From the IMG/VR virus record IMGVR_UViG_3300002092_001237, positions 1-64,000 of that record: 64,000 nt of DNA. One strand, written 5' to 3'. This document shows, piece by piece, positions 41,251-50,815 of the stretch. Source of the stretch: a virus. The first letter of the stretch is position 1, and each line of letters begins with the position of its first letter. Both the position numbers and the translations under genes were made by a program. The notes under the pieces were generated by a model. It ran no database searches, was not told where the DNA came from, and saw only the letters and a list, made by a program, of their open reading frames with translations.

Positions 41251-41544
41251 TCAGCGTTTTTTCTTTTTAGTGGCAGTTTTAATACGATAAGCCTGTGCGA
41301 AACGTGGGAGGTCCATGCCCTCGATAGCAGTTAGTTCTTCAAACTTAGTGATACGTGGCTTACGATCAGAGAAATGGATCTTAACACCATTGGCATTGGC
41401 ACTCATAACAGTGCCTTCTAGTTCAACAGTCATGATAGCATGTCCGAATCCTTTGGTTGGAATACGTGCGCTGACTGTGACTCCGGGGATTAATAGTTTA
41501 TGTTCTACTAATTGACGTCCTAGTTCTACTATTTCATTGCTCAT
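41251..41544 (-). CDS. Hypothetical protein
   Basis: Start revised to MSNEIV (GGAGG RBS). Confidence 0.7.
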   Translation of the reverse strand: MSNEIVELGRQLVEHKLLIPGVTVSARIPTKGFGHAIMTVELEGTVMSANANGVKIHFSDRKPRITKFEELTAIEGMDLPRFAQAYRIKTATKKKKR

Positions 41545-42232
41545 CTGCTGTGCTTGCCTCCTGTATTTCAGCATGGGTAACGATCTTGATAACTTCTCTG
41601 ATGATAGGTTGCGCTATCATCTGTAGCATTAGTAGGTCTTTGCTTTCTTTAGCGTAGATATAAGTCTGCCAGAGGTATTTAGAATTCCGTTCTAAATCTG
41701 GAACGATCCTTTTTAAGTTAGCATAGCGTTCTGGATTGTTTTTCAACAGTCTTACTAAGTTAGTCTTGCTAGAATCGGTTAACAGTGACAGCCGTTCTCG
41801 CAACATAACCTTATAACGGCAATCATGTATGAGATGATCCTTGATCATGATCTTGTAATTGAGCAGGCTATCTAATGCTTCATCACTAGCAGGCTCGTGG
41901 AACTCTACAACATCAGGACCGAACTCGTTTTGTATATTAGTTAGTGTGTTACGATCCGTAAAGAATAGGCTTAGTGTACGACCTTCGCAACGGAAACGTA
42001 ATTTATTCTTGTCATATTTTTCTAAGAACCGTAATGCCTTACGTAGTTCCTTTGGATAGGCCATGATCGTATCGTGGAATAGCATCCTATCTTTAACCCA
42101 GTCGCCGCCTGCTTCGACTTTGTCTAGAGCAGCGTGGCTGATATAGCGAACATAACCAGCCCATGGTGCTTGTACTATTGCCTTATACGGAAACTTCTTC
42201 CAGAACAGGCTTGATGTTTTCACCGTTATCAT
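41534..42232 (-). CDS. Hypothetical protein
   Basis: Likely start MITVKTSS at 42232, overlapping the end of the ClpA-like gene. Confidence 0.7.
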   Translation of the reverse strand: MITVKTSSLFWKKFPYKAIVQAPWAGYVRYISHAALDKVEAGGDWVKDRMLFHDTIMAYPKELRKALRFLEKYDKNKLRFRCEGRTLSLFFTDRNTLTNIQNEFGPDVVEFHEPASDEALDSLLNYKIMIKDHLIHDCRYKVMLRERLSLLTDSSKTNLVRLLKNNPERYANLKRIVPDLERNSKYLWQTYIYAKESKDLLMLQMIAQPIIREVIKIVTHAEIQEASTADEQ

Positions 42233-44450
42233 TCTTAGCTTCCCTATAGTTAAGTATAACATCGTTGTTAAATGCGTCAACCTCTACCTGTCCACCCGTC
42301 CTTAGTAGACCAAACAGCAATTCGCGACTCATTGGTTTCTTGATCTCAGTGTCAATAATCCTCGACAGTGGCCTTGCTCCCATCATAGGATCGAAGCCCC
42401 TGTCTATTAATAGATCGCGACCTTCCTCAGTAACTGTTACTATTACATTCTTGTCAATAACTAGTAAATTAAGTTCTGCGACGAATTTATCTACGATCAA
42501 TTCCATACTCTTTTTACCAAGTTTATCAAACTTAATAATTCCGTCGAGCCTATTACGGAACTCTGGAGCAAAGAAATTCTTGAGTGCTTCTTCGCCGTCG
42601 TTATATCGATCCTCGGTACTAAATCCAATAGTAGCACGTTCGCTATCCTTGGCACCTAGGTTACTGGTCATAATCAATACTACGTTACGACAATCGGCTA
42701 CTTTACCATTTGATCCAGTAACTTGGCCATTATCCATTAACTGTAGCAATACGTTGCTGACATCCGGGTGTGCCTTTTCAATTTCGTCAAGCAATAGCAC
42801 ACAGTTCGGAAACTCTTGGATCTTTGTAATAAGCTGACCAGCATTATCTTCAAAGCCGACATATCCAGGAGGTGCTCCAATCAATTTAGCGACTGCGTGT
42901 TTTTCTTGATACTCGCTCATGTCAAAACGTACTAGGTTAACTGCTAGATTCTCTGCTAACTGTTTAGCAGTCTCAGTCTTACCACAGCCAGTAGGCCCAA
43001 CGAATAAGAAACTACCGATCGGCTTAGTAGGTGATTTTAATCCTGCACGAGCGATAAAGATCTTATCTAAGATATCGTCGATGGCCTTTTCTTGACCAAA
43101 CACTTTAGATTTCATATTATTTTCTAAGTTAGCTAATCCAGCACTTTCAGTTTCTGCGACAGCTTCCACTGGAAGTTTAATCATTTTACCTAGTTCAAAT
43201 TCGATATTGCTTTTACGAACGATACGTTCTGCCTCGGCATCTAATTTAAAGCGTGAGCAAGCTAGGTCGATAAGATCAATCGCTTTATCTGGTAATTTTT
43301 TATCAGTCTGATAACGTACACTCAATTTAACGCTAGCTTCGATCGCTTCTTCTGTGATTTCTGCTTCGTGGAACTTTTCATAATATTTCTTAATTCCACG
43401 CAGGATATCCATAGTGACCTCAATACTCGGTTCATCGACAGTGACACGCTGGAATCGACGCATCAGTGCGCGATCCTTTTCAAAGTGCTTACGATATTCC
43501 TCCCAGGTAGTTGATGCGATAACTTTAATGCTGCCTTTGCTCAGTGCAGGCTTTAGCATATTAGCCATATCGTTAGGATTGTTATTGCTCGATCCTGCAC
43601 CATTCATCATATGTGCTTCGTCGATAAAGATAATAGCCTTGCCTTTTTTCTCAATAGCTTTGATAACCGCTTTAAGACGTTCTTCAAATTCACCACGATA
43701 CTTAGAACCTGCTAACAATGCACCAATATCGAGATTATAAAGTGTATGATCCTTTAAGAATTCCGGTACATTACCATGTACTATATTGAACGCAAGTCCT
43801 TCTGCAATAGCAGTCTTACCAACTCCGGGATCGCCTACCATTATCACGTTAGCTTTATTACGACGTCCGAGTGCTAATACGATGCTTTCTATCTCAGTTT
43901 CACGACCAATAACTGGATCGATCTTTTCTTTTTCTACTGCTTGATTTAGATTAGTAGTAAATTGCGCTAATAGTTTATCAAATTGGCTATTACCGGAAAA
44001 TGTTTCTTCGTCTATCTGTATAGTTTCATCGTTAATATATTCGGATAGTTTTTCTTTAGTAAATCCTGCTTTATTGAGGTAATAGACTGCATAACTTTTC
44101 TTTTCACTCATTATGCTCACTAGCAAATCCATAATTTCAATCTTATTTTTTCCTTTAAATAAGACCTGTGTAAATGCTCTATTCAGTGAACGTTCTACTG
44201 ATGTGGTTTTTTTAGCCTTTACCCTACGAGTTGATTTAATATCGTTGAGTTTATGCATTATATAATGTTCTACATTAGTTCTAACGAAATCAGTTTCTCC
44301 AGAAAAGTCTTCGATAAACAGTAGGAACGGTTCGAAAGTAAAAAGTGCTAGAACTACGTGCTCTAATGTCAAGTATTCGTGGTTATGTGTTCCTGCGATG
44401 TCTAATGCTTTATCAAAGACTAGCTGTAGGTCTTCTGATGGTTCTAACAT
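42183..44450 (-). CDS. clpA: ClpA-like AAA+ unfoldase
   Basis: Clp N-domain 'HEYLTLEH', D1 'GDPGVGKT/FIDEAH', D2 'GPTGCGKT/LLDEIEKAH', 'GAPPGYVG', ClpP-docking IGF loop; no ClpB middle domain. Confidence 0.9.
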   Translation of the reverse strand: MLEPSEDLQLVFDKALDIAGTHNHEYLTLEHVVLALFTFEPFLLFIEDFSGETDFVRTNVEHYIMHKLNDIKSTRRVKAKKTTSVERSLNRAFTQVLFKGKNKIEIMDLLVSIMSEKKSYAVYYLNKAGFTKEKLSEYINDETIQIDEETFSGNSQFDKLLAQFTTNLNQAVEKEKIDPVIGRETEIESIVLALGRRNKANVIMVGDPGVGKTAIAEGLAFNIVHGNVPEFLKDHTLYNLDIGALLAGSKYRGEFEERLKAVIKAIEKKGKAIIFIDEAHMMNGAGSSNNNPNDMANMLKPALSKGSIKVIASTTWEEYRKHFEKDRALMRRFQRVTVDEPSIEVTMDILRGIKKYYEKFHEAEITEEAIEASVKLSVRYQTDKKLPDKAIDLIDLACSRFKLDAEAERIVRKSNIEFELGKMIKLPVEAVAETESAGLANLENNMKSKVFGQEKAIDDILDKIFIARAGLKSPTKPIGSFLFVGPTGCGKTETAKQLAENLAVNLVRFDMSEYQEKHAVAKLIGAPPGYVGFEDNAGQLITKIQEFPNCVLLLDEIEKAHPDVSNVLLQLMDNGQVTGSNGKVADCRNVVLIMTSNLGAKDSERATIGFSTEDRYNDGEEALKNFFAPEFRNRLDGIIKFDKLGKKSMELIVDKFVAELNLLVIDKNVIVTVTEEGRDLLIDRGFDPMMGARPLSRIIDTEIKKPMSRELLFGLLRTGGQVEVDAFNNDVILNYREAKNDNGENIKPVLEEVSV

Positions 44451-44479
44451 TATATAAAATTCTCCATTGTTATATGTGT

Positions 44480-44507
44480 ATTATAGCGTATTTTGTGTAA
44501 AAGTCAA
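44480..44507 (-). promoter_or_regulatory. sigma70-type promoter upstream of clpA
   Basis: TTGACT(44507-44502)-N16-TATAAT(44485-44480); GGAG RBS downstream. Confidence 0.7.
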
Positions 44508-45394
44508 GAGCTACGACGGACTCTTTCGGCTAACCTATCAACTAAAATCTTAGTCTCAGTATCTGTTATAATTGGTGTTTTTATCTTAACGATGACGTGT
44601 AGATCTCCTCGCACATTAGAGAATCTAACATTCTTAAATCCCATGCCTTTGCAACTAAATCTCTGTCCATGTTGAGCTCCGGCTCTTATAGTAACATCTA
44701 CCATGTTACCGTCGATATTTGAGATAGATTTAGTACAGCCGAGCATCGCATCGAATATATCTATTTCAGTTTCGGTTATTAGATTCAGTTCTTCTCGGAA
44801 GAAATTATTATCCCTATCTACTTCTATAGATATCGTTAGATCGCCTCTCGGTATACCTCTGATGCTATTATCACCATACCCGTCTAGTTTAATAATATGT
44901 CCATTGTCAATACCTGGTGGTATATTAAAGTCTACTTTCTCTTCTCCACTGCCAGGCAAGCGATAGTTAATACTCATACTTTTACCTATATAAGCATCAC
45001 GTAGGCTAATACGACAACGTATATTTAAATCTTTGTTTTTTTGCGGTTGGTGCTGTGCGTGATTGAATTGGAATCCAAAATTCTTCATCATATCTTCAAA
45101 CATATCATTCTGATGGAATTGGGCAAAACCGTCTCCAAATGAGAATGTATGTGTTTGGTGGAATGGTCCACCGCCCGTATGGCTACGGAACTGATGTTGT
45201 TGATTTCCTTGGAAATCGTACCTAGCTTTAGTCTCAGGGTCGCTTAATATAGTATAGGCTTCGTTTAATTGTTTAAATTTATTTTCATCGCCGCCTCGAT
45301 CGGGGTGGTGTTCGCGAGCCAATTTACGGAATGCTTGTTTTATATCTTCGGGGGTTGCGTTTCTATCGACGCCTAGTGTTGAATAATGATCCAT
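44504..45394 (-). CDS. dnaJ: DnaJ/CbpA-type (class B) co-chaperone
   Basis: J-domain with HPD, G/F-rich linker, C-terminal DnaJ_C 'GDL' repeats; no zinc finger; ATG 5 nt after ATAAGTA. Confidence 0.9.
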   Translation of the reverse strand: MDHYSTLGVDRNATPEDIKQAFRKLAREHHPDRGGDENKFKQLNEAYTILSDPETKARYDFQGNQQHQFRSHTGGGPFHQTHTFSFGDGFAQFHQNDMFEDMMKNFGFQFNHAQHQPQKNKDLNIRCRISLRDAYIGKSMSINYRLPGSGEEKVDFNIPPGIDNGHIIKLDGYGDNSIRGIPRGDLTISIEVDRDNNFFREELNLITETEIDIFDAMLGCTKSISNIDGNMVDVTIRAGAQHGQRFSCKGMGFKNVRFSNVRGDLHVIVKIKTPIITDTETKILVDRLAERVRRSS

Positions 45395-45426
45395 GCTCTT
45401 ACTTATTTTCCCATTATTAATGGAGA

Positions 45427-46158
45427 TTATTTTGTGAGCTTGAGTACCAAGACGCTGTTGTCATTCTCAAACACGAAATGATCTCCGTATTTGGTTATAT
45501 TATAGTCACCAAAGTATTTTGTCAACCACATAGTTTCGCTAGTACTAGTCTCATCCATTCGTATAGTACCTGCTAGATTATTTAATATTTCTGTTCGAGT
45601 ACCATAGTTAATCAGTTCCATTTTTAACGAACTATTATAAGAACGCTTTACTGTTAATACATGATTTTCCATCATTATATATTCTAGTGGACTTTTGCGG
45701 AAGAAGAAGCGAATGTCGTTTTCAAATACCCCATCCATCTTCTGTCTATAAGTAGCAGCAGTGATAGGTACTATATTTCTCAATTCGGGCAAAGGGTGGC
45801 TCTTGAGATCTTTGTAATAGCGGAAACGCCAATCACCTATCTCGCATAGCTGTTCTAGCCCGTAGATCAAATCATCAATCTGGCTAACGACCCTACGATC
45901 TCGTTCCATTTCTACGAATACTTTGAAAACGTTTTTTTCTACTTCGCCGTTGCTAACATCTGCGTCCAATACGAAGTCATAACCTTTCTCTATAAAGTTG
46001 ACTAGATCCTGTGCCGGATCGTGGCCTGTTACTTCGAAGCTGAGTACTATAATGTCATCGTCGCTGCCCATCTTGCTGCGATACGTGTCGATTTCAAATA
46101 TATGTTTTACGAGATCTTTTAGATCTTTAGGTTTAAGGCCTTCATTGAGCTGGTGCAT
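45427..46158 (-). CDS. Conserved-type hypothetical phage protein
   Basis: 243-aa ORF with AGGA RBS; 'IDTYRSKMG','FIEKGYDFVLDADVS'. Confidence 0.7.
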   Translation of the reverse strand: MHQLNEGLKPKDLKDLVKHIFEIDTYRSKMGSDDDIIVLSFEVTGHDPAQDLVNFIEKGYDFVLDADVSNGEVEKNVFKVFVEMERDRRVVSQIDDLIYGLEQLCEIGDWRFRYYKDLKSHPLPELRNIVPITAATYRQKMDGVFENDIRFFFRKSPLEYIMMENHVLTVKRSYNSSLKMELINYGTRTEILNNLAGTIRMDETSTSETMWLTKYFGDYNITKYGDHFVFENDNSVLVLKLTK

Positions 46159-46702
46159 TAGCTACTGGTTCCTGTGCTGTTGTTTCGCCCACTGCTGCGT
46201 CTGCTGCTTGTGCTGTTGGTTTGTTAGAATCTGTATCATTATATTGATAGATTGATTCTAAATCAACTTTAGTATCTTCTGAATCTCTGACAGTTCCTTT
46301 AAACACATCAAATATTAATTGTTTAGGCATTTTAATGTGTACTATCCAGATGGGATGATCGTCTATTTTTCCCTTTTTGCTGTTAGGCCGGAAATCGCTC
46401 GGTTCTTCTACTCTACGTGGTTTCTTTAACACATCCATCGAATAACCTATTTTACAACCGTAATCCAACAATTTCTTACCACCCATTGGGTCGGGCATTT
46501 TCTCTTTCGGCCACATAAAACTACACTCTACAAAGTGTCTGCTAACATTAGGTCCGGCAACTAGCTCGCCATCTTCCCAATTCTTGAACACATAGATGTC
46601 TAGTTCATCTATAACACGTTCAAAGTCTTTTAGCATACGAAGGCTATTGTTGCTATCATATATGTTAGAAATGTTTTTAATAATATCAACTTGATCGGTC
46701 AT
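46142..46702 (-). CDS. Conserved-type hypothetical phage protein
   Basis: 186-aa ORF; CGATAAATA box at 46725-46733; 'DFERVIDELDIYVFKNW','MPDPMGG'. Confidence 0.7.
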   Translation of the reverse strand: MTDQVDIIKNISNIYDSNNSLRMLKDFERVIDELDIYVFKNWEDGELVAGPNVSRHFVECSFMWPKEKMPDPMGGKKLLDYGCKIGYSMDVLKKPRRVEEPSDFRPNSKKGKIDDHPIWIVHIKMPKQLIFDVFKGTVRDSEDTKVDLESIYQYNDTDSNKPTAQAADAAVGETTAQEPVANAPAQ

Positions 46703-46844
46703 TCGGTATCTCTCTTATGCTTTTTATTTATCGTTCAAAATCACTATGTTATAGGTTATGATCTGTCATTATACCTTAAATACTTTGTGGACACTAGTCC
46801 TCGTTTTGGACAGTGTCCTCCGACAATGAGAAGGAGAACTGCAT

Positions 46845-47576
46845 TTGTCTAGACAACGAGCTAATAGAAAGCACTCACGTTTCAACGATAATAACAACAT
46901 AATAAATTTCCAAGAATATATTCCAGAAAAAAAGAAACAAGTTAGGATAGTTCCCCGCAATAAATCGCAGGACAACTATATGAAAAAATTACAAGACCCT
47001 GATAAAACTATGATATTTGCCATAGGACCAGCAGGGACAGGTAAGACGCTATTAGCCACACAGACAGCAGTTAAACTACTAAAAGAAAAACAGATCGAAA
47101 AGATCATCGTGACACGCCCAGCAGTTTCAGTTGATGAACAACATGGGTTTTTACCAGGTACACTAGAAAAGAAAATGGAACCCTGGACTCGTCCAATATT
47201 CGACGTTTTTGCAGAATATTATTATGCCAAAGAAATCCAAAACATGCTCCTCGAAGGGGTTATTGAAGTAAGTCCCTTGGCATATATGCGCGGAAGGACT
47301 TTTAAGAATTCTTTCGTATTAGCGGACGAAATGCAGAACGCAACACCTAACCAAATGAAGATGCTATTAACTCGCATAGGTGAGAACAGCAGAATGGTTA
47401 TAACAGGTGATCTAAAACAAGCTGACAGACTAGAGGATAACGGGCTGATCGAATTTATCCGCCTCCTCGAAGAATCCGATTTTAGCCACAGGTATGTTGA
47501 CATAGTCAACTTTGGCCAGAAGGATATCGAGCGTCATCCTGCTGTTAAGGAAATTTTAGAAATATACGGCGATTAA
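46845..47576 (+). CDS. phoH: PhoH family ATPase
   Basis: 'GPAGTGKT','GFLPG','YMRGRT','LADEMQN','TRIG','GD..Q.D','RH'; TTG start with AAGGAG RBS. Confidence 0.93.
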   Translation: MSRQRANRKHSRFNDNNNIINFQEYIPEKKKQVRIVPRNKSQDNYMKKLQDPDKTMIFAIGPAGTGKTLLATQTAVKLLKEKQIEKIIVTRPAVSVDEQHGFLPGTLEKKMEPWTRPIFDVFAEYYYAKEIQNMLLEGVIEVSPLAYMRGRTFKNSFVLADEMQNATPNQMKMLLTRIGENSRMVITGDLKQADRLEDNGLIEFIRLLEESDFSHRYVDIVNFGQKDIERHPAVKEILEIYGD

Positions 47577-48496
47577 GCTGTAAGGGCAGCTATTCGGATC
47601 AGAGTAGCTGCGAGATTTATCTCAGGGTCGGCCACCAATGTGTGGTCGACTAATCCCTGCTTAATTGCTAATATGGCTTTCTCTTGTATCTTATCATCAG
47701 GACTGATAAGTTCAAGATTGTCATACAACCAGCGATATACGCTCTCGATTTCTTCGGGCTGTACACTCTTGCATACTAGCTTACGAGCATCGCTGATCTT
47801 ACCTGCTTTAAATAACGATACCATATCTAAACGCCAGTCAGCTTCTGTCTTATCGTTTTTATCTGGAGCTACAAGTGTTCCAGTTCCGCTGTTCATCTGT
47901 ACTAGATTAATACACTTACGCAGATCTGGATATGTTGCTTTAACATAAGTGTCTAGCGTATCGAGATCTAAGTCGATACTTTCTGTCACTAGGATAGTCG
48001 CAACACGAGCAGTAAATTCATCCTTATCAATCGTCTCTATATGAAACCCTTGACAACGACTATGAAGTGCTGGGATAATCTTATTGGGATAATTACAGGT
48101 TAGGATAAAGCGTACAGTATGATGATATTCTTCCATAACACCACGTAATGCTGCTTGTGCGTTGTGTGAAAGATAATCAGCCTCATCGAGTAGGATAATT
48201 TTAAAAGCACCAAACGGTATCATCTGTGAGAATTTGACAACTTTATCTCTCACGTCATCGACTGAGTTTGTACGTGAAGCGTTGATCTCGAGGATGTCGA
48301 AGTGATTAATATCAAGTTCGTGGAACAGCATCTTAGCTAGGGTAGTTTTACCTATACCGGCAGATCCACTGAATAATAGATGAGGAATTGACCCGTTCTT
48401 AATCCAAGATTGTACCTGCTGTTTTTGATTATCGTCACGGAATACATATTCACCGATTGTCTTGGGCCTATAAGCCTCTACCCATAGTTCTTTCAA
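47573..48496 (-). CDS. Sliding-clamp loader ATPase subunit (RFC small subunit / T4 gp44-like)
   Basis: 'WVEAYRP','GSAGIGKT','EINAS','LLDEAD','SRC'. Confidence 0.9.
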   Translation of the reverse strand: MKELWVEAYRPKTIGEYVFRDDNQKQQVQSWIKNGSIPHLLFSGSAGIGKTTLAKMLFHELDINHFDILEINASRTNSVDDVRDKVVKFSQMIPFGAFKIILLDEADYLSHNAQAALRGVMEEYHHTVRFILTCNYPNKIIPALHSRCQGFHIETIDKDEFTARVATILVTESIDLDLDTLDTYVKATYPDLRKCINLVQMNSGTGTLVAPDKNDKTEADWRLDMVSLFKAGKISDARKLVCKSVQPEEIESVYRWLYDNLELISPDDKIQEKAILAIKQGLVDHTLVADPEINLAATLIRIAALTA

Positions 48497-48699
48497 GACT
48501 TATTTCCTTTGACTAATCTTGCCACGTCTGCTGGACTCTGTTCAACTTCCCAACTAGTACCTTGCGAACCACCATAAACTATCGTCTTTAGGCTACCACC
48601 TGGTTGTGCTGGTGCTTCAAACACTGCTACGATCCAGTCTGGATTGATGTATATTGGATTGCCTAAATGTGCTTCTGCTGCGTTTGTTAATTTAATCAT
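48493..48699 (-). CDS. FlbD/SwrD-like small protein
   Basis: 'MIKLT....G.PIYINPDWI....E....T......EVEQS..DV' matches my recollection of the FlbD family pattern. Confidence 0.6.
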   Translation of the reverse strand: MIKLTNAAEAHLGNPIYINPDWIVAVFEAPAQPGGSLKTIVYGGSQGTSWEVEQSPADVARLVKGNKS

Positions 48700-49061
48700 C
48701 TCATCATCTCCATGCTGACTATCTTGCTGAACGATTCGACGAAGTTTTGTTCAGTTGGAATTACATATACTTTACTTTCATTGCGGTCGCGTTTGTTATC
48801 ATATCTTCGAAACTCAACGATCTGACCACCAGTAGCACCGTAAATAGTGACATTAAGCCCTTCGGCAGCAAGGTTAAAATTATTCGTTGGACCCACAGGT
48901 GAAACTGGTCCTCGACGACTTTCGAGCACTGTATTATCCCATGCTTCTTTGGCCTTTTTAGAAAACCAACGATCGATAAAATTCATTTTCTTAGGTTGTA
49001 CTTCTTGAACATCTTGAGTTGGATATATAGACATTTTAGATGCTGCCTGTGAAATATTCAT
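48696..49061 (-). CDS. Hypothetical protein
   Basis: 121 aa; AGGAG RBS; ATGA overlaps. Confidence 0.7.
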   Translation of the reverse strand: MNISQAASKMSIYPTQDVQEVQPKKMNFIDRWFSKKAKEAWDNTVLESRRGPVSPVGPTNNFNLAAEGLNVTIYGATGGQIVEFRRYDNKRDRNESKVYVIPTEQNFVESFSKIVSMEMMR

Positions 49062-49216
49062 TTACGGTTCTCCTGCCCGATGGCACTTAGGATTAACATA
49101 ACATAGAGTATAGGCCAAGCCCAACCTGTTAGGTGGTCTGTCACATGCATTACCATAAGACAGATACCTGTTAATCCCATAGTACCTAAACCAGAACTAG
49201 CGTTGCTAAACTTCAC
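49058..49216 (-). CDS. 52-aa membrane protein (two predicted TM segments)
   Basis: Below the ORF-track cutoff; GTGA and ATGA overlaps with both neighbours; MKFSNASSGLGTMGLTGICLMVMHVTDHLTGWAWPILYVMLILSAIGQENRK. Confidence 0.72.
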   Translation of the reverse strand: MKFSNASSGLGTMGLTGICLMVMHVTDHLTGWAWPILYVMLILSAIGQENRK

Positions 49217-49647
49217 AGGTCACCTTCCTTACGATTCTCGCTATAGAACGCATCAAAATGTCCACCCGGATAACGTGCTTCTAACTTACGCACATTTTCC
49301 GCTATCACTTCGTTTGGATTTAGATGCAATGCTCTGCAGGCATTGGTCCAATACCACATGATATCGCCTAGTTCGCGCTTCATATGGAATAGATTATCAT
49401 CTGTTAGTGGCTTACCTTGGAATAACATCTTCTTAACGATTTCGTTGAACTCGCCAGTTTCGCTTGAAAGCCCAAGCGCACCGGTAAGTAGCAATGGAAC
49501 ATTGATATCGGGTCCATGCATACCCTCACTAAAGTTTGCATCTAGATCGTCTAACCGATTCATAAAACTTGTTAGATCGCTACTTTCTTTGCTTGTTACT
49601 TCAAATACGAAATCACTGTATTTGTTTAGATCAATTTTATCTGACAT
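49213..49647 (-). CDS. MazG-like NTP pyrophosphohydrolase
   Basis: 'GLSSETGEFNEIVKK','RELGDIMWY','N..KL..RYP'. Confidence 0.87.
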   Translation of the reverse strand: MSDKIDLNKYSDFVFEVTSKESSDLTSFMNRLDDLDANFSEGMHGPDINVPLLLTGALGLSSETGEFNEIVKKMLFQGKPLTDDNLFHMKRELGDIMWYWTNACRALHLNPNEVIAENVRKLEARYPGGHFDAFYSENRKEGDL

Positions 49648-49655
49648 ATCTATCC

Positions 49656-50018
49656 TTAAAGGTTTAAGTTTACCATCTTCTCTTCGACAACATATGCATC
49701 TGCTGGCTTCTCATCACTTATCATTAATATAGCATCGTTGTCTGCTTTACGCAAGGTTTTTATATTACCTTCATCATCTTCTAGTTCGAATCCACGTGTC
49801 CATCTACCGTGTTCTAGCAATATCCAATCGCCTGCTTGTATATCTTGTTGTTCCGGACCAACCGCATATACCTTACCCCACCGAGGTTTGATACCCATAC
49901 CTTTGCCATCATCACTCATAATGATGATACCACTTGCTGTCTTTTGTTCGCCAAAGTCCATTTCTTCTACGATCACGTGATCACGGATCGGAGTTAGTTT
50001 ACCGATTATAGTTGACAT
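49656..50018 (-). CDS. groES: GroES-like co-chaperonin
   Basis: 'LTPIRDHVIV','KTASGII' mobile loop,'GKVYAVGP','GD.IL'. Confidence 0.85.
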   Translation of the reverse strand: MSTIIGKLTPIRDHVIVEEMDFGEQKTASGIIIMSDDGKGMGIKPRWGKVYAVGPEQQDIQAGDWILLEHGRWTRGFELEDDEGNIKTLRKADNDAILMISDEKPADAYVVEEKMVNLNL

Positions 50019-50035
50019 AGTTTACTCCGTTGGTG

Positions 50036-50266
50036 TTATCTTCTACGTCCCATAGTCTCATCTGGGACTGCTGTAGGATTATTAGAATAGTATTCTGAGA
50101 TAATATCTTCACGACGGCGTGTGATCTGTCCACCTGGACCTAACTCATCACCACGTGCATTAACACGTATATTTCCCACAGCTGGAACTAGTTCATGTTT
50201 TGCTGCTAATTTCTCAAGGTCAACGATTTTACCCTGCATCGATTTATATTGTTTTCTGATAGCCAT
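50036..50266 (-). CDS. Small conserved-type phage protein
   Basis: 'GNIRVNARGDELGPGG'; AGGAG RBS. Confidence 0.72.
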   Translation of the reverse strand: MAIRKQYKSMQGKIVDLEKLAAKHELVPAVGNIRVNARGDELGPGGQITRRREDIISEYYSNNPTAVPDETMGRRR

Positions 50267-50275
50267 TTTAGTCTC

Positions 50276-50815
50276 CTATTTTAAAAATTCACTGATATCT
50301 AAATCATATTTAATAGAATCAATTTTATGTACGCCTAGTAAGTATAAGCAATAACTGGCTACGCTTGACCCTCTACCTACACCCCATAATATAGTATTTT
50401 CCCTAAATTTGTCAACCATAAATTTGAGGAATTTTAATACTTCCATCATGCCGTGTTTTTGGAACAGTTCTAATTCCATTTCTACTCTAGCTGTTTCCTC
50501 TGCCGTAGTACATAACCCTAACAGATACGATGCAATAGGATATTCTTTATATCCCAAAGGCATCAGCCAACTATGTTGGTTCAACGAGTCAAAGGACGTT
50601 ATATCCATTATAGACCTGTCTTCGGGCAGAGGAATCGGCCAATCCCTCAAACCACTGTCTGTGAGATATTGTATATATTTCGCATAGTCTTCGTCATCGA
50701 TGAATACATGTGCCGAATCTAGCTTATCTACATTTCCTCGATAGATCTCACGTATAAGATCTCTGCTAGAAAATGTGATTCTGCCCAGTTCGTCAGTGTA
50801 CATTTTTTCCGCCAT
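50276..50815 (-). CDS. DNA polymerase III alpha (DnaE)-like fragment
   Basis: 'RVEMEL','WGVGRGSSVASYCLYLLGVHKIDSIKYDL..EFL' matches the DnaE GxGRGS...LGIT.IDP region; 179 aa only. Confidence 0.78.
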   Translation of the reverse strand: MAEKMYTDELGRITFSSRDLIREIYRGNVDKLDSAHVFIDDEDYAKYIQYLTDSGLRDWPIPLPEDRSIMDITSFDSLNQHSWLMPLGYKEYPIASYLLGLCTTAEETARVEMELELFQKHGMMEVLKFLKFMVDKFRENTILWGVGRGSSVASYCLYLLGVHKIDSIKYDLDISEFLK

